From positions 160,001 through 224,000 of the forward strand of contig CAWHDZ010000040.1 in assembly GCA_963828255.1 (NCBI GenBank): a stretch of 64,000 nt of DNA. Direction: 5' to 3'. The position numbers and the translations under genes are program-made. The notes below the pieces were generated by a model. It had not been told where the DNA came from. It was given only the letters and a program-made list of their open reading frames with translations, and made no database searches. This DNA comes from an uncultured delta proteobacterium (GTDB lineage Bacteria > Myxococcota > Myxococcia > Myxococcales > Anaeromyxobacteraceae). Below, one piece after another: positions 37,124-46,913 of this stretch. The stretch's first letter is position 1, and each line of letters begins with the position of its first letter.

Positions 37124-38970
37124 GGCGGGCCTCGCTCCGCGACCGCCTGCGCGGCTCGCTGCAGACCCGCGTCTACATGCTGCTCGCGGTCAGCTCGGTG
37201 ATCCCGGTGGTGATGCTGGCCTGGGCCTTCGGCGTCCGCGTGTCGCGCCTCGACGGGCAGCTGGTCGAGGCCCGCGAGTGGTCGGCGAAGACCGTGGCGG
37301 GGCAGGTCGAGGAGGAGCTCAACAAGGGATTCGAGATCCTGCAGCGGGCCGCCACCGCCTCCCACGTGAACCTGGAGGACCAGGACTCCGGCCCGGAGCG
37401 GGCGGCGCTCCGGGACCCGCGCGTGGGGCTGCACTTCCCCGGCGGCGCCTTCTTCCTCGACGCGACCGGGCGCGTGGTCGCCGAGGAGCCCGACCGCGGT
37501 TCCCGATCCATCGCGCCCCTCGCCGACCTCACGGTGGTGCGCACGGCCATCGAGAGCGGGCGGCCCGTGGTGTCTCCCTTCGTGGCGGGGTTCTCGGGGG
37601 AGCACGTCTACGAGCTCGTCCCGGTCCGGAACTGGGAGGGGCGGATCACCGGACTGGCCGGCGGGATCGTGGACGCCGGCCAGCACAACCTGCACGTCAT
37701 GCTCCGCTACCTCCGCCAGGGGGCGGAGGGATCGGCGGAGGTCGTGGACCGCACCGGGCGCATCCTGGCCACCACGGAGCCGGGGCGTCCCGCCGTCACG
37801 AGCGCCTGCTCGGGCGTCCGGGGCGTGATCGCGCAGGGCAAGGGGATGTCCCGGCGCTGCAGCGAGTGCCACTCCGGCAGGGCGCAGGACGCGCGGGGGC
37901 GGTCGGTGGTGACCACGGCCGTGGTCGGGAACGCTCCCTGGATGCTCTTGGCCCGCGCCCCGGCGGCCGAGGTCATGGGCGCGTCGGGCGCGTTCCCCGC
38001 CTGGCTCGTGGGGATGATCCTGGTGTCGCTGGGCGCCGGCGCCATGCTGGCATGGGGCGCGGCGCGCAGCGTGGCGAAGCCGGTGGCGGCCCTCACCCGC
38101 GCCGCCGAGAGCATCGCCGCCGGGAACCTCTCCGAGAAGATCCCGATCCTCGGAAGGGACGAGGTGGGGAGGCTCTCGCTGGCCCTCGAGAAGATGCGGC
38201 TCGCGCTGGCCGGTCTCATCGGCGCGGTGGCGGCGGCCAACGCCCAGCTCGAGGAGCGGGTGGTCGAGCGGACGGTGCAGCTGGGCCGGGCCAACCTCCA
38301 GCTGCGCGATCGCGAGGCCGCCCTGGAGCGGCTCTACGAGAAGGTGGTTTCGGCCCAGGAGGACGAGCGCAAGCGCATCGCCCGGGAGCTCCATGACGAC
38401 ACCAGCCAGAGCCTTGCCGCGCTGGTGATGGCCATCGACGGGTCGCTCGCCGCCATGAGGGCGGGGCTCACCCCGCGCCTCGAGGAGGCCAAGGCGCTCG
38501 CGGTCCACACCATCGAGGAGGTCCACCGGATGATCCTCGACCTGCGCCCCTCGGTCCTCGACGACCTCGGGCTGCAGTCGGCCATCCGGTGGTACGCCGA
38601 CCGCCACCTGACCGCCCGGGGCATCTCGGTGCGCTGCGAGTTCGACGCCCCGGACCGGCGTTTCCCGGCGGCCTTCGAGACGGCAATCTTCCGCGTCTGC
38701 CAGGAGGCCATGAGCAACATCGCCCGCCACGCCCACGCCGAGTCGGCGCTCATCCAGCTCTCCGAGGGCGATGGTGTGATCCGCATCGAGATCGAGGATG
38801 ATGGCCGCGGCTTCGAGCCGAAGAACGTGTCCCATGCCGAGCGGCGCCACTTCGGGCTCATGGGGATCGAGGAGCGGGTGGAGATCCTGGGCGGCAAGGT
38901 GAAGATCGACTCGGCGCCGGGCCAGGGGACGCGTGTCCGCCTCGAGGTTCCGCTTCCCAGGGGGTGCTAG
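37120..38970 (+). CDS. NarX-type sensor kinase (Cache + CXXCH + HAMP + HisKA_3)
   Basis: CSECH in the periplasmic part; AQEDERKRIARELHD, QEAMSNIARHA, DDGRGF, HFGLMGIEERV. Confidence 0.92.
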   Translation: MRRASLRDRLRGSLQTRVYMLLAVSSVIPVVMLAWAFGVRVSRLDGQLVEAREWSAKTVAGQVEEELNKGFEILQRAATASHVNLEDQDSGPERAALRDPRVGLHFPGGAFFLDATGRVVAEEPDRGSRSIAPLADLTVVRTAIESGRPVVSPFVAGFSGEHVYELVPVRNWEGRITGLAGGIVDAGQHNLHVMLRYLRQGAEGSAEVVDRTGRILATTEPGRPAVTSACSGVRGVIAQGKGMSRRCSECHSGRAQDARGRSVVTTAVVGNAPWMLLARAPAAEVMGASGAFPAWLVGMILVSLGAGAMLAWGAARSVAKPVAALTRAAESIAAGNLSEKIPILGRDEVGRLSLALEKMRLALAGLIGAVAAANAQLEERVVERTVQLGRANLQLRDREAALERLYEKVVSAQEDERKRIARELHDDTSQSLAALVMAIDGSLAAMRAGLTPRLEEAKALAVHTIEEVHRMILDLRPSVLDDLGLQSAIRWYADRHLTARGISVRCEFDAPDRRFPAAFETAIFRVCQEAMSNIARHAHAESALIQLSEGDGVIRIEIEDDGRGFEPKNVSHAERRHFGLMGIEERVEILGGKVKIDSAPGQGTRVRLEVPLPRGC

Positions 38971-38973
38971 GCG

Positions 38974-39627
38974 ATGTCCAGGATCCGGGTTCTGCTCGCC
39001 GACGACCACGCCATCCTGCGGGAGGGGGTGCGGGCGCTCCTCTCCCTGTGCGACGACATCGAGGTGGTCGGGGAAGCGGTGGATGGGCAGGGCGCCATCG
39101 AGGCCACCCGCACCCTCGACCCCGACGTGGTGCTCATGGACATCGCCATGCCCGGTCTGGGCGGGCTGGAGGCCACCCTCGAGATCAAGAAGGCCGGGCT
39201 CCGCGCCCGGATCCTCATCCTCTCCCAGTACGAGGACAGGGAATACGTGAGGAGGCTGCTCAAGGCCGGCGTCTCCGGCTACCTGCTCAAGAAGTCGGCG
39301 GGATCGGAGCTCCCCAACGCGATCCGTGCGGTTCACAAGGGCGGACTGGTGCTCGACCCCGAGGTGGCGCGGACCGCGATGGAGGACGCCGGACCGGCGG
39401 CGCCGGGCGGCGACGACCTCTACGAGAGCCTGACCGACCGCGAGAAGCAGGTGCTGAAGCTGGTGGCCGAGGGGCTCGCCAACAAGGAGGTCGCCGACGT
39501 CCTGGGCATCAGCGTGAAGACGGCCATGTCGCACCGCGAAAAGGTCATGGAAAAGCTCGGCCTGCACAACCGCACCGAGCTGGTCCGCTTCGCGCTCCGC
39601 CGCGGCGTCATCCGCGTCGATCCCTGA
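38974..39627 (+). CDS. NarL/LuxR-family response regulator
   Basis: LADDH, MDIAMPG, LTDREKQVLKLVAEG..NKEVA HTH. Confidence 0.95.
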   Translation: MSRIRVLLADDHAILREGVRALLSLCDDIEVVGEAVDGQGAIEATRTLDPDVVLMDIAMPGLGGLEATLEIKKAGLRARILILSQYEDREYVRRLLKAGVSGYLLKKSAGSELPNAIRAVHKGGLVLDPEVARTAMEDAGPAAPGGDDLYESLTDREKQVLKLVAEGLANKEVADVLGISVKTAMSHREKVMEKLGLHNRTELVRFALRRGVIRVDP

Positions 39628-39752
39628 CGGCGCCACGGGGGGCGGTGCGCGAAATCCCCCCTTTCCAGCATGACGTGGGGCAAGCGCCCCATCGGCGCTC
39701 CCCGCCCTTCGTGCAAGCGCCCGGATTCAGGCAAGTCCCCGACTCCCGCGCA

Positions 39753-39768
39753 CGGCCCGGTCCTTGCT
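39753..39768 (+). promoter_or_regulatory. Sigma54 promoter candidate upstream of radical SAM gene
   Basis: CGGCCC-GGTCC-TTGCT, exact GG-N10-GC spacing. Confidence 0.6.
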
Positions 39769-39833
39769 AAATCCTCGAGGGCGCTGGTCGCTCCGGGAGG
39801 GGAGCGATCAGCGTCTTGGGCGGGGGGGAGAGC

Positions 39834-41273
39834 GTGCGGGTCCTTTTCACGAGTGCGCCTGAGCCGGACTCGGGCGTCGAGTCAGCTGAAGCCTGGCTCC
39901 CCCTTGCCCTGGTTCATCTCGCCGGCGCGGTCCGGGCCGCCGGCCACGAGTGCGAGATCGTGGATGCGCTCTCCCTCGGCCTCGGCGCCGCGGACGTCGA
40001 GGCCATCGCCCACCAGACCGGATCGGACGTGGTCTGCGTCTCGGCCGCGACGCCCGGCTTCCCGGCCGCCATGGATCTCTGCCGCCGGCTCCGGAGCGCG
40101 GGCCGGACCACCGTGGTGGGCGGAGTCCACGCCTCGTTCATGTACCCCGAGTTCCTGCCCACGGGCGCGGTGGACTTCGCCGTGGTCGGCGAGGGGGAGG
40201 AGACCCTCCCGGAGCTGCTGCGCTGCCTGGCGGTAGGCGACGACCCGGCCCGGGTCGCCGGGATCGCCTTCGGGCTGGGCGGCCGGGTGATCCGGACGGC
40301 CCCGCGCCCCCGCCTGGCCGCGCTCGACCCGCTGCCCAAGGCCTGGGACCTCCTGCCCTTGTCCCGCTACCGCTGGGCGGGCCGTCCCCGGGCGCGCATG
40401 GGGGCCATCACCACGTCGCGCGGATGCCCCCGCCACTGCGGCTACTGCTGCCAGGCGACCCAGTACGAGGGCACCTGGCGCATGCGCTCGGCGGACTCGG
40501 TGGCCTACGAGCTGGTCCAGCTCCGGCGGGAGCACGAGGTCGAGCTGGTGTGCTTCCACGACCCCGCGCCCGCCGCCGACGCCAGCCGCTTCGCCGAGCT
40601 GACCGAGCGGCTGGTCGAGCTCGACCTGGGGCTCGAGCTCGTGATCTGGAGCAGCGTCGCCGACGTCCTCCGCGACGAGGCGGTGCTCCCGCGCTGGCGC
40701 GACGCGGGGGTGATCCACGTCGGGATGTGCCGCGAGCCGTCGGAGGATCGGCTCGAAGGGGCCGCGATGGAGCGCTCGGTCTCCGACGGGCGCCGGGCCG
40801 TCCGGGCGCTGCGCCGGGCCGGCATCACCTGCGAGACCTCCTTCTGGCTAGGGCTTCCGGACGAGACGCCGGCCACCGTGGACGAGACGTCGTCGCGGGC
40901 GCGGGCCTGGGATGCCGACGTCACCCACTTCCCGCTCCTCACGCCCCTGCCGTACACGCCGGCGTGGCGGACCTACGGCGCCCACGTGATCACCCGCGAC
41001 TACCGTCGCTACAACCAGCGTGATCCCGTGGTGAAGCCTCGGGCGATGGAGCTCCAGGAGGTGGTGGAGGCTGCCGAACGGTGCCGCCGGCAGTTCACCG
41101 CCGACCGCCCGTCGCGGAACACCCCTGGCACCGTGCGGCGTGCCGGACCCTGGCTCGTGCACCCCGGGGAGCCGGAGCTCGGGGGGCCGGAGCTCGGGGG
41201 GCCGGTTCCCGAGGGCCTGGGCGGCGACGGACGGGAAGGGGACCCCGCCTCGCCACCCGGACGCCGCAACTAG
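39834..41273 (+). CDS. Cobalamin-binding radical SAM protein (BchE-like class)
   Basis: B12 domain (PLALVHLAGAVR, VVGGVHAS, VGEGEET); TSRGCPRHCGYC CxxxCxxC; LGLPDET, LTPLPYT. Confidence 0.85.
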   Translation: MRVLFTSAPEPDSGVESAEAWLPLALVHLAGAVRAAGHECEIVDALSLGLGAADVEAIAHQTGSDVVCVSAATPGFPAAMDLCRRLRSAGRTTVVGGVHASFMYPEFLPTGAVDFAVVGEGEETLPELLRCLAVGDDPARVAGIAFGLGGRVIRTAPRPRLAALDPLPKAWDLLPLSRYRWAGRPRARMGAITTSRGCPRHCGYCCQATQYEGTWRMRSADSVAYELVQLRREHEVELVCFHDPAPAADASRFAELTERLVELDLGLELVIWSSVADVLRDEAVLPRWRDAGVIHVGMCREPSEDRLEGAAMERSVSDGRRAVRALRRAGITCETSFWLGLPDETPATVDETSSRARAWDADVTHFPLLTPLPYTPAWRTYGAHVITRDYRRYNQRDPVVKPRAMELQEVVEAAERCRRQFTADRPSRNTPGTVRRAGPWLVHPGEPELGGPELGGPVPEGLGGDGREGDPASPPGRRN

Positions 41274-41395
41274 CCGCGGCTGCGGGGGAATCCCGAGGCT
41301 GCATCCCTTTCGCGGGGGAACCCTTGTGGGTGGATGGCGCGCAACCGCTGCACCCGCGATATGAGGCAAGTTGAAGGAAATCCATGGTCTTCGCT

Positions 41396-41411
41396 CGGCA
41401 CGGAGGTTGCT
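41396..41411 (+). promoter_or_regulatory. Sigma54 promoter upstream of hemA
   Basis: CGGCAC-GGAGG-TTGCT, near-consensus, about 25 nt before the ATG. Confidence 0.7.
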
Positions 41412-41435
41412 GATTGGGTTCGCCCGGAGGGGTCG

Positions 41436-42707
41436 ATGCTCGTCGCCATCGGAGTCGACAGGAAGAGCGCCGCTGTTTCGTCCCGCGAGAGGCTTGCGGC
41501 CGCCGGCGAGGATCTCGCGGCGCTGGTTCGCTCCTACGGCGCGCTCGACGGGGTGGACGAGGTCTTCGTCCTCTCCACCTGCTACCGCGTCGAGATCTAC
41601 GCCGCCTCGGCCTGTCCCTCCGCGGCGTCGGCGAGCCTGGCCGAGGCGCTCCGGCAGCGCTCCGGCGACCCCGAACTTCCGCTCTTCGACCTCCGCGGCG
41701 CCGAGGCCTTCCGGCATCTCTCCCGCGTCGCCGCCAGCCTGGAGTCGGGCGTCATCGGCGAGCCGCAGGTCCTCGGACAGGTCAAGGAGGCGTTCGGCCA
41801 GTCGACGGACGCGGGAACGGTGGGCAAGGAGCTCTCCACCGTCATCGCCCGGGTCCTGCAGGTCGCCAAGCGTGTCCGCACCGAGACGGCGATCGGCCGC
41901 TCCGGGGTCTCCTGGGGGCACGCCTCCGCCGACCTCGCGGAGAAGGTGCTCGGCCCGCTCGAGGGTCGCCGGGCGGTGGTGGTCGGAGCCGGCGAGATGG
42001 CGCGTCTCTCCGCCCAGCACCTCCACGACCAGGGAATGAAGGTCGTGGTCGTCAACCGCACCCTGGCCAATGCCGAGGCGCTGGCGCGGGAGATCGACGG
42101 CGAGGCCCGCCCGATCGACGCCCTCGGCGATGAGCTCGTCCGGGCCGACGTGGCGGTGGTCGCGGCGCCGGTCTCGCACGAGGCGCTCGAACCCCGCGGC
42201 GCCCCGGTGCTCATGAAGCAGCGGCGCCACCGGCGCTTGCTCCTCATCGACCTGGCGGTTCCTCGTGCGGTTCCCCCGGCACTCGGCGACATGGACGGCA
42301 TCTACGTGTGCGACGTGGACGACCTGGCCCGGATCCAGCGCCAGGCCCAGGAGGCCCGCGCGGGCGCCATCCTCGACGCCGAGGGGATCATCGACTCGGA
42401 GGTCGAGCGCTTCGCCCGCGAGCTGGCCGAGCGCCGGGCCGCCCCCATCATCGCCGCGGTTCGCACCCGCGCCTCCGCCATCGCACGCGAGGAGGTGGAG
42501 CGCACCGTGCGCCGCCTGGGCGGCGACCCCGAGGTCGAGAGGCGGCTCGACGCCCTGGCGGGGGCCATCGTGTCGAAGCTGCTCCACCAGCCCAGCGTCC
42601 GCCTGCGCCTGGCGGGGCAGGACATGGAGGGGGGCGACCAGTTGATGGCGGCGGCCGCCCGGATCTTCGACGTCCAGTCGTCGGCTGGCTCGTCCCCGAT
42701 GGCCTGA
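41436..42707 (+). CDS. hemA: Glutamyl-tRNA reductase
   Basis: LSTCYRVE (catalytic Cys), [52 protein letters not shown]. Confidence 0.92.
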   Translation: MLVAIGVDRKSAAVSSRERLAAAGEDLAALVRSYGALDGVDEVFVLSTCYRVEIYAASACPSAASASLAEALRQRSGDPELPLFDLRGAEAFRHLSRVAASLESGVIGEPQVLGQVKEAFGQSTDAGTVGKELSTVIARVLQVAKRVRTETAIGRSGVSWGHASADLAEKVLGPLEGRRAVVVGAGEMARLSAQHLHDQGMKVVVVNRTLANAEALAREIDGEARPIDALGDELVRADVAVVAAPVSHEALEPRGAPVLMKQRRHRRLLLIDLAVPRAVPPALGDMDGIYVCDVDDLARIQRQAQEARAGAILDAEGIIDSEVERFARELAERRAAPIIAAVRTRASAIAREEVERTVRRLGGDPEVERRLDALAGAIVSKLLHQPSVRLRLAGQDMEGGDQLMAAAARIFDVQSSAGSSPMA

Positions 42708-42866
42708 CGATGCCCCGTGCCTTTTCGGCAAAGGTTGCGCGGGCGATCCCATGGGGCGCAGATCCCGCGACCGGAGCCCGGCGACACTGTGCGAACGCGG
42801 GACGGACTGCCCCGAATTCTGGGTGGATTCACCCAGTCGTCTCAGATCTGGGGGAGCTGGGTGAAA

Positions 42867-42882
42867 TGGCGCGGTCCTTGCG
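42867..42882 (+). promoter_or_regulatory. Sigma54 promoter candidate upstream of the third sensor kinase
   Basis: TGGCGC-GGTCC-TTGCG, GG-N10-GC. Confidence 0.65.
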
Positions 42883-42910
42883 ACCCGCCTGGGGTTGACC
42901 GGATAAAGCC

Positions 42911-44422
42911 TTGGCCATCGAAACGCTCAGAGGAGTCTGGAGTCGTCTGGACCGCAGCGTCCGCGCCCGGATCATCCTGCCCACGGCGGTGCTCTTCGCA
43001 GCCGTGCTGGGGACGATGGTCTACGTCGCCGTGAACGCGTACGGCTCCGACATCGAGAAGGTCCAGCGGGAGCGAGCCGAGATCTTCGCGGCCAACGTCG
43101 CATCCGGGGTCACCCAGACCATGATGGAAGGGCAGCCGAACCAGGTGCCCGACCTGCTCGAGCTGGCGCGCAGCCACCGGGCCGACCTCGACTCCATCAG
43201 CCTCCTGCGCCCGGACGGGCAGGTGGCCTACTCCACCGACCGCCGCCTCATCGGCAGCCTTCCCTGGGCTGGGATGGAATCGTTCTCCCAGCCGAGGGTC
43301 GTCTCGGAGCCCGGGGGCCTGAAGTCCCAATATGCCGTGGTGCGCCCCATCGCCAACGTCGAGAAGTGCGCCTCCTGCCACGGCCGTGAGTCCCGCATCA
43401 ACGGCTGGGTCGATCTCCGCTTCACCCGCACTCCCGTGCTCGCAGCGCGGGGGGAGCTGGCCCGGACGCTGGGCGCCACCACCGGGGTCGCCCTGCTCCT
43501 GCTGCTCGCCATCGCCTGGTGGCTCGTGGGGCGCGAGGCGGTCGCGCCGATCCAGCGGCTGGTCGCCGCCATGTCCCGCGCCGAGGCGGGCGACCTCACG
43601 GTCCGCGCCGACGAGGGGCGCGCCGACGAGCTGGGAACGGCCGCCCGCGGCTTCGACGCCACGCTGGCCGCCCTCCGGCGCAGCCAGGCCGAGCTCGAGG
43701 CCTTCTACCGGGAGCGCATGGTCCGGGCCGACCGGTTCGCGACGGTGGGCGAGATGGCCACCGGCCTCGCCCACGAGATCAAGAACCCGCTGGCCGGGCT
43801 GTCCGGTGCGCTCGAGCTGCTGGCCGAGGACCTGAGCGGGAACCCGCGGCAGGCCGACGTGGTCGGCGAGATGCGCCATCAGGTTTCCCGGCTCACCCAC
43901 ACCATGGAGAGCCTCCTGTCGTTCGCCCGGCCGCCCAAGGCGCACCTGCGGGACACCGATGTCAGCGCCGTGCTGGAGAACGTCCTCTTCCTGGTGCGGC
44001 AGCAGCGGCGGCTGGCCGCGGTTCACGTCGAGTCCGACCTGGGCCAGGTCCCGCACGTGCTCGCCGACCCCAACCAGCTCGAGCAGGTCTTCCTCAACAT
44101 CTGCCTGAACGCCTGCCAGGCCATGGGCGCGGCCGGGGGCCGGCTCACCGTCCGGTCCCGGCTCGTCGAGGGCCGGGTCGCCGTGGACGTCGAGGACACC
44201 GGGCCGGGCATCCCGGAGCACGTCCGCCCCAACCTCTTCAAGCCCTTCTTCACCACGAAGCGCGAGGGCAACGGGCTCGGCCTGGCCATCTCGGCGCGCA
44301 TCGTCGCCGAGCACGGCGGGAACATCGGCTACCGCTGCCCGACCGGAGGGGGAACCGTCTTCACGATCGCCCTCCAGCCGGTGAAGTCGGCGCCGGAGCG
44401 ATCCCTGGAGATGTCCGCGTGA
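42911..44422 (+). CDS. Sensor histidine kinase with periplasmic CXXCH, HAMP, HisKA, HATPase
   Basis: CASCH; AHEIKNPL, NICLNACQA, DTGPG, PFFTTK, GNGLGL; TTG start uncertain. Confidence 0.92.
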   Translation: MAIETLRGVWSRLDRSVRARIILPTAVLFAAVLGTMVYVAVNAYGSDIEKVQRERAEIFAANVASGVTQTMMEGQPNQVPDLLELARSHRADLDSISLLRPDGQVAYSTDRRLIGSLPWAGMESFSQPRVVSEPGGLKSQYAVVRPIANVEKCASCHGRESRINGWVDLRFTRTPVLAARGELARTLGATTGVALLLLLAIAWWLVGREAVAPIQRLVAAMSRAEAGDLTVRADEGRADELGTAARGFDATLAALRRSQAELEAFYRERMVRADRFATVGEMATGLAHEIKNPLAGLSGALELLAEDLSGNPRQADVVGEMRHQVSRLTHTMESLLSFARPPKAHLRDTDVSAVLENVLFLVRQQRRLAAVHVESDLGQVPHVLADPNQLEQVFLNICLNACQAMGAAGGRLTVRSRLVEGRVAVDVEDTGPGIPEHVRPNLFKPFFTTKREGNGLGLAISARIVAEHGGNIGYRCPTGGGTVFTIALQPVKSAPERSLEMSA

Positions 44423-45807
44423 CGAACTCGCCCGCCCGCATCCTGGTCGTGGACGACGAGAAGCTCATCCGCTGGTCGGTGGGGGAGCGGCTCCAGCGCG
44501 GCGGCTACGAGGTGCTCTCGGCCGAGTCGGGCGAGGAGGCCCTGGAGGTCATGGCCGCCCAGACGCCCGATCTCGTGCTTCTCGACGTCCGGCTTCCCGG
44601 GATCGACGGCCTGGTCACCCTGCAGCGGGCGCTGGGCCAGTACCCCGAGCTGGCAGTGCTCATGATGTCCGCGCACAGCACGGTGGACATCGCCGTCGAG
44701 GCCATGAAGCACGGAGCCATCGACTTCCTGGTGAAGCCCTTTCCCTTCCAGGCCCTCGACGCCGCCGTGGAACGGGCCCTCACCACGGCCCGGACCCGCC
44801 GGCAGATCCAGGCGCTCACCGAGGAGCGGCGGGGCGGGGGGGAGGCGCTGGCCGGGCTGGTGGGGCAATCGGCCGCCATGGAGCAGGTGCGCAGCATGGT
44901 CTCGCGCCTCTCCGGGAGCGACTCCACCACCATCCTCGTCGAGGGGGAGAGCGGCGCGGGCAAGGAGGTGGTGGCCCGGGCCGTCCACTTCTCCAGCGGC
45001 CGCGCCGAGCGCCCCTTCCTCCAGGTGAACTGCGCGGCGCTGCCCGAGCACCTCCTGGAGAGCGAGCTCTTCGGCCACGAGCGCGGCTCCTTCACCGACG
45101 CCCACACCCAGAAGCGCGGGCTCTTCGAGAGCGCCGAGGGCGGCACGGTGATGCTCGACGAGATCGGCGACCTGCACCCCGGCGGCCAGGCCAAGCTCCT
45201 GCGCCTCCTCGAGAACAAGACCTTCCGGCGGGTGGGCGGCGTCACCGAGCTGCGGGCCGACGTCCGGGTCCTCGCCGCCACCAACGTGAACCTGGAGGAG
45301 CGGGTCGCCGAGGGGCGGTTCCGGGCCGACCTCTTCTTCCGCCTGAACGTCGTGCGGATCGTCATGCCGCCCCTGCGGGAGCACCCCGAGGACGTGCCCA
45401 CGCTCTGCGCCTACTTCATCGCCCGGTTCAACCACGAGATGAAGCGGCAGCTGAAGGGCGTGAACGCCGGGGCGATGCAGATGCTCCAGGCCTACCGCTG
45501 GCCGGGCAACGTCCGGGAGCTGCGAAACGTCATCGAGCGCGCCTTCATCCTGCACGCCGGGGCCGAGGAGCTCCGCCCCGAGCACCTCTCCCCGGAGCTG
45601 CGCGGCGCCGCCATCGCCGCGGCCGCGCGGCGCCCCGAGAAGCCGGTGGCGGTCCCCCAGGACGGGCTGGTCCTCGAGGACGCGGAGCGCAAGCTCATCC
45701 AGGAGGCGCTCGAGCGGTCCAGCGGCAACCAGTCCCGGGCGGCGCGGCTCCTCGGCATCAGCCGCGACACGCTCCGCTACCGGCTCAAGAAGCACAACAT
45801 GGGGTGA
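44419..45807 (+). CDS. Sigma54-dependent response regulator (NtrC family)
   Basis: REC domain, GESGAGKE, ESELFGHERGSFTDA, WPGNVREL, Fis HTH; GTGA overlap with the kinase. Confidence 0.95.
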   Translation: MTNSPARILVVDDEKLIRWSVGERLQRGGYEVLSAESGEEALEVMAAQTPDLVLLDVRLPGIDGLVTLQRALGQYPELAVLMMSAHSTVDIAVEAMKHGAIDFLVKPFPFQALDAAVERALTTARTRRQIQALTEERRGGGEALAGLVGQSAAMEQVRSMVSRLSGSDSTTILVEGESGAGKEVVARAVHFSSGRAERPFLQVNCAALPEHLLESELFGHERGSFTDAHTQKRGLFESAEGGTVMLDEIGDLHPGGQAKLLRLLENKTFRRVGGVTELRADVRVLAATNVNLEERVAEGRFRADLFFRLNVVRIVMPPLREHPEDVPTLCAYFIARFNHEMKRQLKGVNAGAMQMLQAYRWPGNVRELRNVIERAFILHAGAEELRPEHLSPELRGAAIAAAARRPEKPVAVPQDGLVLEDAERKLIQEALERSSGNQSRAARLLGISRDTLRYRLKKHNMG

Positions 45808-45817
45808 GCGAAGGGCT

Positions 45818-46648
45818 CTAGCCGGCCGCCAGCGGCTCCAGCGCGGTCCGCAGCTTCCGGCGGGCCCGCATCTCGAGCTGGCGGGCCCGCTCGCGCGAGA
45901 AGCCGAGGCGGGTACCCAGGTCCTGGAGCGAGGCCGGGTCATCGGCCATGAACCGCTGCTCGATGATGGTGCGTTCGCGGTCGTCGAGGCACGCGAGGGC
46001 GTCGGTCACGCCGCGGCGGACGCGGTCCGACTCGCGTGCGCAGGAGAGCCGCTCGTCCTGGAGGTCGTCGCCCGAGGCGATGCGGTCCACCGGGGAGGAA
46101 TCGCCACCCGGGGAGGGGGCGTCGAGTGACTGGTCCCGCTGCTCCATGCGGCGGGCGGCCTCGCGGACGTCGTCGGTGCTGACCCGGAGGCGCCTGGCCA
46201 CGCGGTCGTCGAGGTCGTCGTCGGCTCCGGCTCCGGCGCGGGAGAGTTCCCTGCGCGTGCGCCCGAGCGCGAAGAAGAGGCGCCGCTGGGCCTGGGTGGT
46301 GCCGAGCTTCACGACCGACCAGGACTGGATGACGTGGGCCTGGATGTAGGCCCGGATCCACCAGGACGCGTAGGAGACCAGGCGGATGCCCATGTCGGGG
46401 TCGAACTTCTGCACCGCCTTCATGAGCCCGAGGTTCCCTTCCTGGATGAGGTCGGGGAGCCGGAGCCCGTACCCGCGGTACCCGGAGGCGACCTTCACCA
46501 CGAAGCGCAGGTTGGCGGTCACGAGCGTGTGGGCGGCCCGCTTGTCCCCGGTCTCCCGGAAGGCGCGTGCGAGCGCCAGTTCCTCGTCCGCGGTGAGGAG
46601 CGGATGCCGACCCACTTCGGTGAGGTACGCAGCCAGGGACTCGTGCAT
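45818..46648 (-). CDS. RpoH/sigma32-family sigma factor
   Basis: ANLRFVVKVA, DLIQEGNLGLMKAV, RpoH box WSVVKLGTTQAQRRLFF, SRERARQLE. Confidence 0.92.
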   Translation of the reverse strand: MHESLAAYLTEVGRHPLLTADEELALARAFRETGDKRAAHTLVTANLRFVVKVASGYRGYGLRLPDLIQEGNLGLMKAVQKFDPDMGIRLVSYASWWIRAYIQAHVIQSWSVVKLGTTQAQRRLFFALGRTRRELSRAGAGADDDLDDRVARRLRVSTDDVREAARRMEQRDQSLDAPSPGGDSSPVDRIASGDDLQDERLSCARESDRVRRGVTDALACLDDRERTIIEQRFMADDPASLQDLGTRLGFSRERARQLEMRARRKLRTALEPLAAG

Positions 46649-46913
46649 GAAGTACCCAGGAGCACGAGGGATGCCAGAAGGCTGGACCCCCAATTGCCTC
46701 GAATGTACGGCCACATGCCGAGAACGAGGGACATGGCTAGGGTACCGGTCATTACCTTTTTACCGATCCCGAGAAGCGAAACTCCCCTGATGGGTCATCT
46801 CGCCCACCAATTTGCCCCCATCCGACGGCGGTCTGGGTTCTGACCCATCTGGGTCGAGGCAGCCCCTTGCGAAGTTCTTCCCGGCGAAGCATCGTGAATG
46901 AAATGCATCGGCC

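Noticed and set aside
41171..41205. 15-bp tandem duplication (PELGG x2) in the radical SAM tail
   Set aside because: Small in-frame slippage in a disordered C-terminus; no sign of function.
39834..41273. bchE / phototrophy
   Set aside because: No other bacteriochlorophyll genes in the window; the B12 radical SAM fold is shared by many enzymes.
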